Positions 8,557 to 16,927 of a stretch of 64,000 nt of DNA are shown here, in pieces. The position numbers and the translations under genes are program-made. The notes beneath the pieces are model-generated. The model saw only the letters and a list, made by a program, of their open reading frames with translations, was not told the DNA's origin and searched no databases. The stretch comes from a virus (taxonomy: Duplodnaviria > Caudoviricetes), in IMG/VR virus record IMGVR_UViG_3300035696_002928, positions 1 through 64,000 of that record; one strand, written 5' to 3'. The first letter of the stretch is position 1. Every line of letters begins with the position of its first letter.

Positions 8557-9303
8557 TCAGAAGCCAAGCGTCCTGCGGGTCCAGTCCGGGCCGAGATAGC
8601 GCTTGATGAAGCCCCGCAGCATTGCAGCCTTACTGGTCGTGCGGAGGCGGTCGTAGACGGCCGAATGAATACCGGCCTGGCGACATAGGGCCAGGGTTCG
8701 TTCCGCCTGCCACCGGAGGAAGGCTTTCGTCTGCGCGTCCTGGGAATGGGCCGCCCACGGGACGCAGATTGCATAGACGATGAACTCCAGGGCATGGCGG
8801 CCGGTCTCTTCACGATCTGAGATACCGAGCCGGCAACGGGCTTCCAGGCCGTTCGTGTACGCGGTCCATTCATCGAAGATGTAGGACGGCTGATCGTTCC
8901 ACGCTGCTTGGCTCTTGCACAGGTACTCGTTGTAGACCTCGCCCCGAAGCATCGGCGGCACTAAGGCGGCCACGGCCGCCAGGGTCGTAGGCGGTTCCCG
9001 CAGCAACACAGCGTTGTCATTGAGGACGTAGAAGCCTGGCCGCCGGTAGGCGCTTCGCAGCCGGCCGTTGATGCCGTGCGTCCCCTCATGCACCCAGTTG
9101 ATGCGGTCGGCGCTGCGGTACGGGTGGCCGGCGGGCAGGTGGGATTCGATGTCCCGAACGACCGGCTCCAGGCCGCTGGCGTCACGCAGGGGCGGCCAGG
9201 GTGTCCAGACGGGGCCAGGCGGAAGCGGCGGCTCCGGGGCCACGTGCGGCCCAGGGCAGCCCGCCAGCACGATCAGGCAGAGGCAGAGACCGACGACCCT
9301 CAT
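8557..9303 (-). CDS. Lipoprotein with HExxH motif (possible zinc metallopeptidase)
   Basis: Lipobox LAGC after a hydrophobic signal; WVHEGTHG. Confidence 0.55.
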   Translation of the reverse strand: MRVVGLCLCLIVLAGCPGPHVAPEPPLPPGPVWTPWPPLRDASGLEPVVRDIESHLPAGHPYRSADRINWVHEGTHGINGRLRSAYRRPGFYVLNDNAVLLREPPTTLAAVAALVPPMLRGEVYNEYLCKSQAAWNDQPSYIFDEWTAYTNGLEARCRLGISDREETGRHALEFIVYAICVPWAAHSQDAQTKAFLRWQAERTLALCRQAGIHSAVYDRLRTTSKAAMLRGFIKRYLGPDWTRRTLGF

Positions 9304-10055
9304 GCGCCCTCCCAGACCGCTCGGTGCGGATAGGGGACGAGGGAGAGGGCGTTCTCCGCGGCGATCTGCCAGCAATACTCCCGGTCCAGTTCGATCAGGG
9401 AGCATCGCCGTTTGATGCGTTTACACACACGCAGCGTTGTGCCGGTGCCGGCGAAAGGATCACAAACCGTCCCATCTTCGGGGGTTGTGAGCAACAAGCA
9501 GCGTTCCACTAACCCCTCGTTCAGTTGAGTGGGGTGCCAGGGCCGCCGCTGCTTGCTGTTGCCCACGACGCGGGTGAAGTCGAACACGTCGCCCGGGACC
9601 CGGCCGCGGGGATCGGCCCGCTTGTCGCCGTTCTCTTGCCGCCATGACGGCACGCGGATGGCGTCGGGGAACAGCCGGGCGTGCGCCCAGCGGAGCCGCA
9701 ACAGCGGCCGGTAGTTGTTGCCCAGGTCATGGTGGTTGTGCTGGCCGAAGGTGAATGTCTGGATGCACGGCTTGGCCTCGATCTGTTTGCCGTACTGGCC
9801 CTCGATCTCGGTCACGATCCGCCCGACCTGAAAAGTCCACTTCGCGTTGTAACTGAACCAGACCGTGGCGGCCTTGAGCAGGAAGGCGTTGAGCCATTTG
9901 CGGAGCAGGTCGATGTAGTCACTCTCCGTCCGGTGGTCACGGTACTCGTTGTAGTCCAGGTCGATGTTGTCTGGCGGGTCCGCGAACAGGGTGTCCACGG
10001 ACTCCAGGGTTTCGAGCACTTCCAGGCAGTCGGCATTGTAGAGGTGATGTTTCAT
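9300..10055 (-). CDS. N6-A/N4-C DNA methyltransferase (beta class) with variant DPPD motif
   Basis: LFADPPDN (motif IV) precedes HPTQL and VCDPFAGTGTT (motif I). Confidence 0.8.
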   Translation of the reverse strand: MKHHLYNADCLEVLETLESVDTLFADPPDNIDLDYNEYRDHRTESDYIDLLRKWLNAFLLKAATVWFSYNAKWTFQVGRIVTEIEGQYGKQIEAKPCIQTFTFGQHNHHDLGNNYRPLLRLRWAHARLFPDAIRVPSWRQENGDKRADPRGRVPGDVFDFTRVVGNSKQRRPWHPTQLNEGLVERCLLLTTPEDGTVCDPFAGTGTTLRVCKRIKRRCSLIELDREYCWQIAAENALSLVPYPHRAVWEGA

Positions 10056-10597
10056 AGCGTGCAGGGATCGACAGCAGTGATGATGTACCAAGGCAGGTCG
10101 GCGTTGCGACGGTCGGCAAGAATAGCTTCAATGGCTGCAAAGTCGCCTGCCAATGCAGCCTTGTACTCCGGGTAATAGGGTTCGATGCGATCGTACATGC
10201 CTTGGTCTTGATGCTGCCGGAACAAGAGCCGCAGAGTGGCTTCCCGCTGTGCCGCAGTGTTGACAAGGTAGTAGACGATCGGCCCTCTCACCCCGTCATG
10301 GGAGAGGATACGAAGCTGCGTTGGGCGCTGCTTGGGATCAAGCTGCGGGCACAGATCAATTGTGGTGGCAAACTCCCAATCTACGCCGGATTCGCCCTGG
10401 CTCATGGTGAGCGCGTGTTGGATGGCTGCAAAGTCACCTGCTCTGGCGTCAAGGTGATAGGGTGCATCGCAGCCGGCGTAGCCGCCTTGCTCCGTGAGAA
10501 AGGCATAGAAATGCCGCATGGCGGCTTCAAGCTGCTTGTCCGTATCGACGATGTAATTTGGAGCATCCCTGTCGGCAGGAAGTAAAAGACGGCTCAT
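10052..10597 (-). CDS. Hypothetical protein with two internal repeats
   Basis: ARAGDFAAIQHAL and ALAGDFAAIEAIL repeats. Confidence 0.6.
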   Translation of the reverse strand: MSRLLLPADRDAPNYIVDTDKQLEAAMRHFYAFLTEQGGYAGCDAPYHLDARAGDFAAIQHALTMSQGESGVDWEFATTIDLCPQLDPKQRPTQLRILSHDGVRGPIVYYLVNTAAQREATLRLLFRQHQDQGMYDRIEPYYPEYKAALAGDFAAIEAILADRRNADLPWYIITAVDPCTL

Positions 10598-10869
10598 TCG
10601 ACGATCTCCGCGCGTACCAGGTCCCAGGATTCGTACTCGTACCCGTTGCGGGATTCGAGAATCGCTTGAATGCACGGCAGGTTCTCGCTGCGGGCTTCCG
10701 CCAGCAAGCGATTGAAGCGCTGATTGCCACTCTCTTCGTAACAGCCCATGTCGTCGAGCAGCTTGAACAGCGCCTTCACCGCCCCGACCACACGGCCCGG
10801 CGTGTCCACGATCCAATACTCGTCGCCGTGCTTGCCGTGGTAGACGAGGACGTTGTTCTGCTTGACCAT
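10594..10869 (-). CDS. Hypothetical protein, one copy of the same repeat domain
   Basis: YWIVDT...DMGCY...ARSENLPCIQAIL. Confidence 0.6.
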   Translation of the reverse strand: MVKQNNVLVYHGKHGDEYWIVDTPGRVVGAVKALFKLLDDMGCYEESGNQRFNRLLAEARSENLPCIQAILESRNGYEYESWDLVRAEIVE

Positions 10870-10897
10870 GTTTGACCTTCAGAATTCAGCGATGCCG

Positions 10898-11170
10898 TTA
10901 TTGCTGGCGATGGCCGCGATAGGCCACGACAAGGTAGGTGCCGATCCAGCCGCCGATGATGTAGGCGGCCACGGCAGCGACGCATTTCTCCACGATCAGC
11001 ACGGTCGAGACGATGGTGCAGAGGTAGAGCAACGCGCTGTAGTTAGCAGCCGTCAACGGCCGCCGGCTGGTGACAGCGTTCACGCAGAGCGTCCACACGA
11101 TGTCCATGAGAAAGCCACAGAAGAACGCGAAGGAGATGACGCTCCACGACGGCATAAAACACCCCGTCAT
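10898..11170 (-). CDS. Small membrane protein (three TM helices)
   Basis: Hydrophobic throughout. Confidence 0.6.
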   Translation of the reverse strand: MTGCFMPSWSVISFAFFCGFLMDIVWTLCVNAVTSRRPLTAANYSALLYLCTIVSTVLIVEKCVAAVAAYIIGGWIGTYLVVAYRGHRQQ

Positions 11171-11427
11171 TTCGGCACCTCGATCTTGGGCGTGGGCACG
11201 GCCTTCCGCAGCCCGAAGGTGATGGTCGGCAACAGGTCCGATGCTCCGAAGACCTCGCCTTTCAAGACGAACTCGAAGTCCACGGCGGCGTCGTCGAAGT
11301 GGCGCTCATTGACGGCCCTTTCCAGGCCGTCGATGATCGACGTGATCTTGGCCGGCGTCAGATGGGCCAGCAGCAGGCGTTGGCGAATGGCGTCGGGAAC
11401 CCTGAAGGTCAGCGTGGTATCAGGCAT
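11167..11427 (-). CDS. Hypothetical protein
   Basis: GGAG RBS; coupled to neighbour. Confidence 0.55.
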   Translation of the reverse strand: MPDTTLTFRVPDAIRQRLLLAHLTPAKITSIIDGLERAVNERHFDDAAVDFEFVLKGEVFGASDLLPTITFGLRKAVPTPKIEVPK

Positions 11428-11443
11428 ACAAGTCTCCTGCGGG

Positions 11444-12442
11444 TTAGAACCTGAGCTGGGGGCGGGTGACTTCGTTGAACCAGTCGTCGTAGGGACCGGC
11501 GGACTTGCCCAGACTCAGCGCCATGTCTTCCAGCACGTCGCGGCGGCAGGCGTTCTCCTCGGGGGTCAGGTCGGGGAAAATGTTGCCGCTGGTGATCGCC
11601 TCCCAACAGCGGCTCACGCGGTCTTGGAGCTTCTGCTGGTAGTCCGCCTTGATGCGGGCACGGTGGTTGGCAACCCGGAGCGTCGGCGCGGGCGTTGCCG
11701 GCTTCGCCACAATCTCCTCGATCATGCCGACCAGGTTCTCGTTGCCCGGCTTTTCGCCCAGCAGCCAGCCGTAGAGGCAAAGCTGGTCGGCATACTCGTC
11801 ATTGCAGAACTCCATGAACCCGACGTTGATCGTCAGGCCGCGGTGGTTCAGCGCGAGATAGTTGGTGTGTTGCGTGCCGTGGCTCTTGCTCGGCTTATCG
11901 CTCTGGAATCCATCCCGGCAGAGCATGTAGCCCTTGGACGGGCTGGTGGCGTACTTGCTGCAATACCCGCGGACCTTCCAGTCCAGGATGCAGTAGACCA
12001 GGCCGAGGCCGAAGTCGAGCACGAAGCGGCAGTCCGGCTTGCCGGTAAACGGTGCGCCGGCGATGACGCCATCGACCTTGAACTCGAAGCGCGGCGACTC
12101 GACCGACTGCCGGAGCAGGGCGAGCAGATCGCCGTAGCTGCCGGACAGCTTGTAGGCGTCGAAGACCACCTGGCCCGCGGTGCGGGCGAAGTCCCGGCAG
12201 TGCGCTTCGACCTGGCTCTCGAAGATGGCGGCGAACTCGAACTTGGGATTGTTGCCCGCGCCGAACAGGGCGACGTGCAGCGCCGACTTCACGTAGGCGT
12301 CGAAGCTGGCACCCACGGCCATCGGGGGCTCCTGTGGCAGTCGTGGGGCCGGATGCTCGGCCAGGTAGCGGAGGTAGAACTCCTCGGGGTTCTTTTCCCA
12401 GAGGGTCATGGACGAATAGCTGAGAGATTTAGGCAGTCGCAC
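11444..12442 (-). CDS. PD-(D/E)XK nuclease (RecB/Cas4-like exonuclease superfamily)
   Basis: LSYSS start; GKPDC...ILDWK; QLCLY motif. Confidence 0.7.
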   Translation of the reverse strand: MRLPKSLSYSSMTLWEKNPEEFYLRYLAEHPAPRLPQEPPMAVGASFDAYVKSALHVALFGAGNNPKFEFAAIFESQVEAHCRDFARTAGQVVFDAYKLSGSYGDLLALLRQSVESPRFEFKVDGVIAGAPFTGKPDCRFVLDFGLGLVYCILDWKVRGYCSKYATSPSKGYMLCRDGFQSDKPSKSHGTQHTNYLALNHRGLTINVGFMEFCNDEYADQLCLYGWLLGEKPGNENLVGMIEEIVAKPATPAPTLRVANHRARIKADYQQKLQDRVSRCWEAITSGNIFPDLTPEENACRRDVLEDMALSLGKSAGPYDDWFNEVTRPQLRF

Positions 12443-12458
12443 GATTCAATCTCCTGGG

Positions 12459-12893
12459 TCAGGTCCAGAGGTGCCCACGCACGGCGATCAGCCGGTGGAG
12501 CATCGCGCTGTCCTCGTAGTAGTCGTCGAAGTCGTTGTTGCCCTTGCGCCCTTGCCACCAGGCGTACAGTTCCCGGATGGTCTTCCATTCGACAGCCATT
12601 CGGCGTGCGTATGCCTCGACCTTTGCCCGCTCGTCCGGGTCCTCGCCCTGGTAATCGCTGTAGAGGGCGAACACGTCCGGCTCATCGAAGTGGCCTTTCT
12701 CCCGCTCCACAAACTCCGCGAAGATCGTGAAGGCGGCGTAGAGCAGCAGGTAATCGCGGTCGCACCAGGTCGGCGGCAGGTCCCGGCAGACCACGACGTT
12801 GTAGCGGTGCCAGAGCCGGCATTTCAGCCAGTACCAGGCGTCATGCAGCCGGCGGATCAGTTGCCGCAGTCTGCGTCGATGCCGTCGCCGCAT
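12459..12893 (-). CDS. Hypothetical protein
   Basis: Trp/Tyr-rich globular ORF. Confidence 0.6.
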   Translation of the reverse strand: MRRRHRRRLRQLIRRLHDAWYWLKCRLWHRYNVVVCRDLPPTWCDRDYLLLYAAFTIFAEFVEREKGHFDEPDVFALYSDYQGEDPDERAKVEAYARRMAVEWKTIRELYAWWQGRKGNNDFDDYYEDSAMLHRLIAVRGHLWT

Positions 12894-13272
12894 CGGTGCT
12901 CTCCGTCGTGGGGGTGATGGTGCCCGGACCAATCTCGACGGCCGTGCTGCCGGCCTGTAGGAAACCGCTCTCGAAAGGAATGGTCTTCCTGGCCGCCTGC
13001 TCGGCCACCAGGGTGTCAAACCGCGCTTTGACGGCCGCAGGGAGCGGTGGCGGCGGCGTGACGGTTGGCCAGTGGCCGAGGACGCCCGTGACGATCGCCT
13101 GGGTGCGCAGGGCGGGCGGCAGGGCCGCCATCATCTTGAGTCGCGCCAGGCAGCACTTCTTTGCCTTCCGGCCGCTTCCGCAAGGGCACGGCTGGTTGCG
13201 GCGGATGTCCATACGGGGCTGCACGGGCAGGATGGGACCTTGCCGGCGGGTGTTGGCTCGTCTTGCGTTCAT
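12841..13272 (-). CDS. SEC-C motif protein
   Basis: IRRNQPCPCGSGRKAKKCC. Confidence 0.8.
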   Translation of the reverse strand: MNARRANTRRQGPILPVQPRMDIRRNQPCPCGSGRKAKKCCLARLKMMAALPPALRTQAIVTGVLGHWPTVTPPPPLPAAVKARFDTLVAEQAARKTIPFESGFLQAGSTAVEIGPGTITPTTESTDAATASTQTAATDPPAA

Positions 13273-13279
13273 GCGTGTC

Positions 13280-13564
13280 CTACCTGTGAGGTGCCGGGGT
13301 TGGATGCGGACGCGGTGCCAGCGGCCGAGGATGGTCCGGCCCCGGGCACGGCGGCCGGGGCTGATCGGGGATCGGGTGCGGCCGGCGGCGATCCGGGATC
13401 ACCGGCACGACGATGAACGGCGGCTCCGGCACGATGATTGGCGCGGGCACGATGATCGGCCGGGGCACAAGGATCGGGCGGAGCGGCAGGGGACGCCGCG
13501 GTTGCGGCGGCTCGATCCAACAGCCGGCCAGCACAAGCAGCAGTAGCAGCGAAAGGTAGCGCAC
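13280..13564 (-). CDS. Proline-rich lipoprotein
   Basis: MRYLSLLLLLVLAGC lipobox followed by a Pro-rich chain. Confidence 0.65.
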   Translation of the reverse strand: MRYLSLLLLLVLAGCWIEPPQPRRPLPLRPILVPRPIIVPAPIIVPEPPFIVVPVIPDRRRPHPIPDQPRPPCPGPDHPRPLAPRPHPTPAPHR

Positions 13565-13577
13565 GATTGTCCTCCAG

Positions 13578-14207
13578 TTAGAACGGCCTCGAAAAGATTC
13601 CCGTGAACGCCACGGCGTCGGACCAGTATTCCTTGAGGTGCGGCAGCCCGACTTTCACGATCTGGCAGCCGTGCAGCCAGTTCAGGAGGCCCTCCGGCGT
13701 GAGAATGTGCGGGTGGCAGGCATCGGCCGGGATGTTGGGCCACTCGAAGATGCGGAGCACGCCGGTTTTCGGAGCCACCCGGGCGATGGCCTTGGCAACG
13801 ACTCTTGCCGGGTCTTGGACGTGTTGCAGGACGTTGTACAGCCACACCTCGTCGTAGTGCGTCAAGGTAAGGTGCTGCTGGTCCAACTCTTCGCCAGGCG
13901 CGCGGACGAAGTGGATGCCGTAGTTGCGGTAGCGGCGCTCCACGGATGCCGGCCAATCGCACGGGTCCACGACCGTGGGGTAGCGTGCGTTGAGGCAGCG
14001 GAGAGTCATAGACACCGGGCCGCCGCCAACATCGAGTACGGACCTTTGCCCCATGACCAATTCGCCGTGGCCATTGCCATAGGCTTCCCACAGCCCCATC
14101 TCCCTTGCGTACATCTCTTGCTTGACAAACTCTCCCCACGCCCGCATACCGAGGCAGTTGCCCCAATACTCGGCCTCGTGCTTCTGAGTCTCGTTCCAAT
14201 CCGCCAT
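13578..14207 (-). CDS. Class I SAM-dependent methyltransferase
   Basis: VLDVGGGP (motif I), VVDP, YDEVWLYNVLQHVQDP. Confidence 0.85.
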   Translation of the reverse strand: MADWNETQKHEAEYWGNCLGMRAWGEFVKQEMYAREMGLWEAYGNGHGELVMGQRSVLDVGGGPVSMTLRCLNARYPTVVDPCDWPASVERRYRNYGIHFVRAPGEELDQQHLTLTHYDEVWLYNVLQHVQDPARVVAKAIARVAPKTGVLRIFEWPNIPADACHPHILTPEGLLNWLHGCQIVKVGLPHLKEYWSDAVAFTGIFSRPF

Positions 14208-14221
14208 CGCTTGCCTCTCTG

Positions 14222-14354
14222 AAAATGGAGCGGGTTACTTGCGCGTTTCGCTATGCCGGTATAATCTCCGCTACTCCACGCGCCCTTCGGCCGTTAAATG
14301 GCTCCCACCCGGCCCAGCTACTACCGAAACCTTGCTGGGCACCCTCACCCGCTC
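14222..14354 (-). ncRNA. Candidate structured cis-regulatory RNA (riboswitch/attenuator-like), family unknown
   Basis: Perfect closing stem GAGCGGGU/ACCCGCUC plus internal stems GCCCAGC/GCUGGGC and GCGCGU/ACGCGC; alternative hairpin followed by UUUUC. Confidence 0.45.
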
Positions 14355-14360
14355 ACGGAT

Positions 14361-14576
14361 TCACGATCGCTTACCCCAGTCGATCTGATGCCAGATGCGT
14401 TCGTGGTAGTAGAACAGGACCAGCTTCACGACGAAGCAGACCAGCGTGAAGATCGCGCAACCGCCAAGGTTGCCGAACATCATGTAGGCCATCCCGAAGC
14501 ACACAAGATTACTGAAGGTCTCCCACGAGAAACCTTTGGCGAAAGATCGTTTGCTGCTGCTCGTGTCTGGCTTCAT
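14361..14576 (-). CDS. DUF2061-like small membrane protein
   Basis: KRSFAKGFSWETFS...VKLVLFYYHERIWHQIDWG. Confidence 0.75.
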   Translation of the reverse strand: MKPDTSSSKRSFAKGFSWETFSNLVCFGMAYMMFGNLGGCAIFTLVCFVVKLVLFYYHERIWHQIDWGKRS

Positions 14577-15190
14577 TTCTTCCTCCGTGTCACGATGCCG
14601 GCGCGCCTCACCGGCTTGCCGTGGTTGTGGCCGTCCAAGCAGTTCTCACCCATCCAGTTGAAAAAGTACCAGCGGTTGAGCCGGTCGATTACCGGATCGT
14701 GGGCAATGTGCCGAAGGTAGGTTGTCACCTGATCCCAGGTCGAGAAGATCATCTCGAAAGGGAAGGTGCCGAACAGCCAGTCCGGCGTGTGCTCGATGCC
14801 CTGCTCAATGCGGATCAGCACGGGCTTCTTCATCCGGTTCGCCCAGAACAACTCCTCGTAGGTGCCGCAGGCGTGGACCTGCATGTCCAGGTTGACGACC
14901 AGGAAATCGCAGATGTCCACCATCCGCAGATCGACCGGGCGAATCTGCTTCATCTGGCCGCGGACGCACTCGAAGTCGCCGGCCCGCTTCGCCTTGTGGC
15001 GGAGAGCACGGTTCTCCAGGTCCTCCACGCCGATGTCGATGGGCTTGCGCGTGGGATCGAGCCAGAGGATCTTCAGGTCCTTGAGGCTCTGAATCAGGTG
15101 TTGACGCCAGCCTACGCCGCCGTCCAGTACACGATCCATCGCGCCGCACAGGTAGCCGCGGTTCAAGGCGAGTCGATTCATCTTTCTCAT
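14573..15190 (-). CDS. Nucleoside 2'-deoxyribosyltransferase / dNMP N-glycosidase-like protein
   Basis: GYLCGAM, DLRMVDICDFLVV, GTYEEL...KKPV. Confidence 0.75.
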   Translation of the reverse strand: MRKMNRLALNRGYLCGAMDRVLDGGVGWRQHLIQSLKDLKILWLDPTRKPIDIGVEDLENRALRHKAKRAGDFECVRGQMKQIRPVDLRMVDICDFLVVNLDMQVHACGTYEELFWANRMKKPVLIRIEQGIEHTPDWLFGTFPFEMIFSTWDQVTTYLRHIAHDPVIDRLNRWYFFNWMGENCLDGHNHGKPVRRAGIVTRRKK

Positions 15191-15360
15191 GGTGCGCTCT
15201 GCAAGTCGTCAAGGATGGCCCGCTGTTTCTGCTGCAACTCGGCAAAGGCTTCTGGTGTAAAGGCGTCCGACCGCTGGAGGTACTCGTGCCAGTTCCGTTC
15301 ATCGCGGGTGAAGAATCGGAGCACCTTGGCCGGCGGTAGCGCATAAACGTCGTGGAGCAC
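15187..15360 (-). CDS. Small hypothetical protein
   Basis: GTG start; fills the gap between deoC and the NDT-like gene. Confidence 0.45.
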   Translation of the reverse strand: MLHDVYALPPAKVLRFFTRDERNWHEYLQRSDAFTPEAFAELQQKQRAILDDLQSAP

Positions 15361-15365
15361 GCTTC

Positions 15366-16073
15366 TCACGGCAGCAAGCCCTTGTAGCTGGCCACGCCAA
15401 CCCCGAGCCGCGTGCAGCCAAGAGCGAGGTACAGGCAGGCGTCCTCGTAGGTCTTGATGCCGCCGCTCGCCTTGACTTGGGCCGCCCCTTTGACGGCCTC
15501 GACCATCAGTTGCACGGCCCAAGGCGTCGCGCCGCCCGGCCCGAAGCCGGTGGAGGTCTTCACCCAATCCACGCGGGCGTCCAGGCACAGGTTGCAGGCG
15601 TCCGTGATCTGTCTCGGCTGGTAGTAGCACGTCTCCAGGATGGCCTTGACCTTCACGTTCAACCGACGCGCCAACTGCACGATGCGGCCTAGCTCCTGGA
15701 CAGCGGAAATCGGACGGCCCTCCAGGAAGCGACCGTAGTTGATGACGACATCCACCTCCCCCGCTCCATCCTCCATCGCGGCGCGGGCCTCTTGAAACTT
15801 GATGTCCGGCGACGTATTGCCGTGCGGAAAGCCGACGACGGCGCAGACCCGCGGGGTGAGCGGCTTGGCGACCGCGACGTTGTAGCTTGCCACGCAGACG
15901 GAAGCGGCACCCAGGTCTTCGACGATCCTGGCGGCATTGGTCACGTCTTCCAGCCGGGCGTCCGGTTTCAAGACAGCGATGTCCAGGGCGGCGATGATCT
16001 GTTCACGGGGAACCTGGGGGATCTCCTGCGACAGGACGTTCGCCAGGATCACGTCGGTCGGGATGTCAGTCAT
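15366..16073 (-). CDS. deoC: Deoxyribose-phosphate aldolase
   Basis: VCAVVGFPHG, GAGEVDVVIN, VKAILET, WVKTSTGF (Schiff-base Lys), VKASGGI. Confidence 0.92.
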   Translation of the reverse strand: MTDIPTDVILANVLSQEIPQVPREQIIAALDIAVLKPDARLEDVTNAARIVEDLGAASVCVASYNVAVAKPLTPRVCAVVGFPHGNTSPDIKFQEARAAMEDGAGEVDVVINYGRFLEGRPISAVQELGRIVQLARRLNVKVKAILETCYYQPRQITDACNLCLDARVDWVKTSTGFGPGGATPWAVQLMVEAVKGAAQVKASGGIKTYEDACLYLALGCTRLGVGVASYKGLLP

Positions 16074-16114
16074 AAAGGGCCTTCTCGGGGAGGAAGTAAT
16101 GCGGGGCGATGCCC

Positions 16115-16735
16115 TCACAGGTGACTTCGATAAAGGCGTCGGAGAGCATAGGACAAGCCGTAGAGCGTCGGTTCGCGTGTGGTGTGAAAGGAATGGCCGA
16201 AGAACGGGTAGTAGTCGTGCATGGCCTCATGTGCGATGACGAGGGCCGTGTCTTCCGGTTCCCAGCGCAGTAAGCAGGGATCGAGCGTGATGCCGGGGCA
16301 CCAGGGGCAGTTGCAGCCAAGCGTCTTCCCGCCAGAAGGCCCGTTGAGCGGCATGAACATCACGTCCCAGGGGCCGACCCTGTTGTAGCGCTGGATGGCG
16401 TAGTCCAGAACGCCCTGCAAGTCGGTGTCATGCGTGCAATGGCGGAGCAGCTTCAAGTGCTGGATACAGCGGTCCAGGTACATCTGCTCGTCGTCGTGGT
16501 CGCCGCAGGTGGCGTAGTACAGGCCGCCGATGAATGGCAGGCTGAGTTGCACGATGATGCCGTAGAGCACCCCCGTCAGCGCGACTCGAATCCAGGACTT
16601 ACAGTTCGCCTTCATCTCTTGCCCCTTGGCCACAAGGGTCTGGGTGCCGAGAGTCGTGGCGATCTCCGGTCTGTCCGCATTTGGAGGTTGGACAATACGG
16701 CTGATAGTCTGAGCCGTGACTTGAATATCGGACAT
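16115..16735 (-). CDS. Membrane-anchored HExxH protein, possibly preceded by an RNA-ligase N-terminal remnant
   Basis: TM segment VALTGVLYGIIVQLSLPFIGG; IAHEAMHD; alternative start 16615. Confidence 0.5.
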   Translation of the reverse strand: MSDIQVTAQTISRIVQPPNADRPEIATTLGTQTLVAKGQEMKANCKSWIRVALTGVLYGIIVQLSLPFIGGLYYATCGDHDDEQMYLDRCIQHLKLLRHCTHDTDLQGVLDYAIQRYNRVGPWDVMFMPLNGPSGGKTLGCNCPWCPGITLDPCLLRWEPEDTALVIAHEAMHDYYPFFGHSFHTTREPTLYGLSYALRRLYRSHL

Positions 16736-16747
16736 GCGGGGAATCCC

Positions 16748-16927
16748 TTAGAAGAGGCTGAATCGCTTGGCCACGTCGGCGACGGTCTGGGCGGTCTCGA
16801 CCAGCGTTTTGTCGATCTCGGTCAGCGCGTCCGCCACCACGTAGGCGGCCAGAAGCTCGGGATGCGCCTTGGCGTAACCCTCGCCGAGCGTCGTGTCGAT
16901 CTGTTTCACTGCGGCCTGAAGGTTCAT
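16748..16927 (-). CDS. Hypothetical protein
   Basis: 59-aa ORF coupled to upstream gene. Confidence 0.55.
   Translation of the reverse strand: MNLQAAVKQIDTTLGEGYAKAHPELLAAYVVADALTEIDKTLVETAQTVADVAKRFSLF

Noticed and set aside
13280-13564. o-spanin (Rz1) call for the Pro-rich lipoprotein
   Set aside because: No adjacent i-spanin, endolysin or holin was recognised; kept only as a Pro-rich lipoprotein.
14222-14354. yybP-ykoY (GGAGUAG) or lysine (GAGG.GC, GCCGAA) riboswitch assignment
   Set aside because: Only isolated short words match; their order, the required CAACA or kissing-loop elements, and overall length do not fit.
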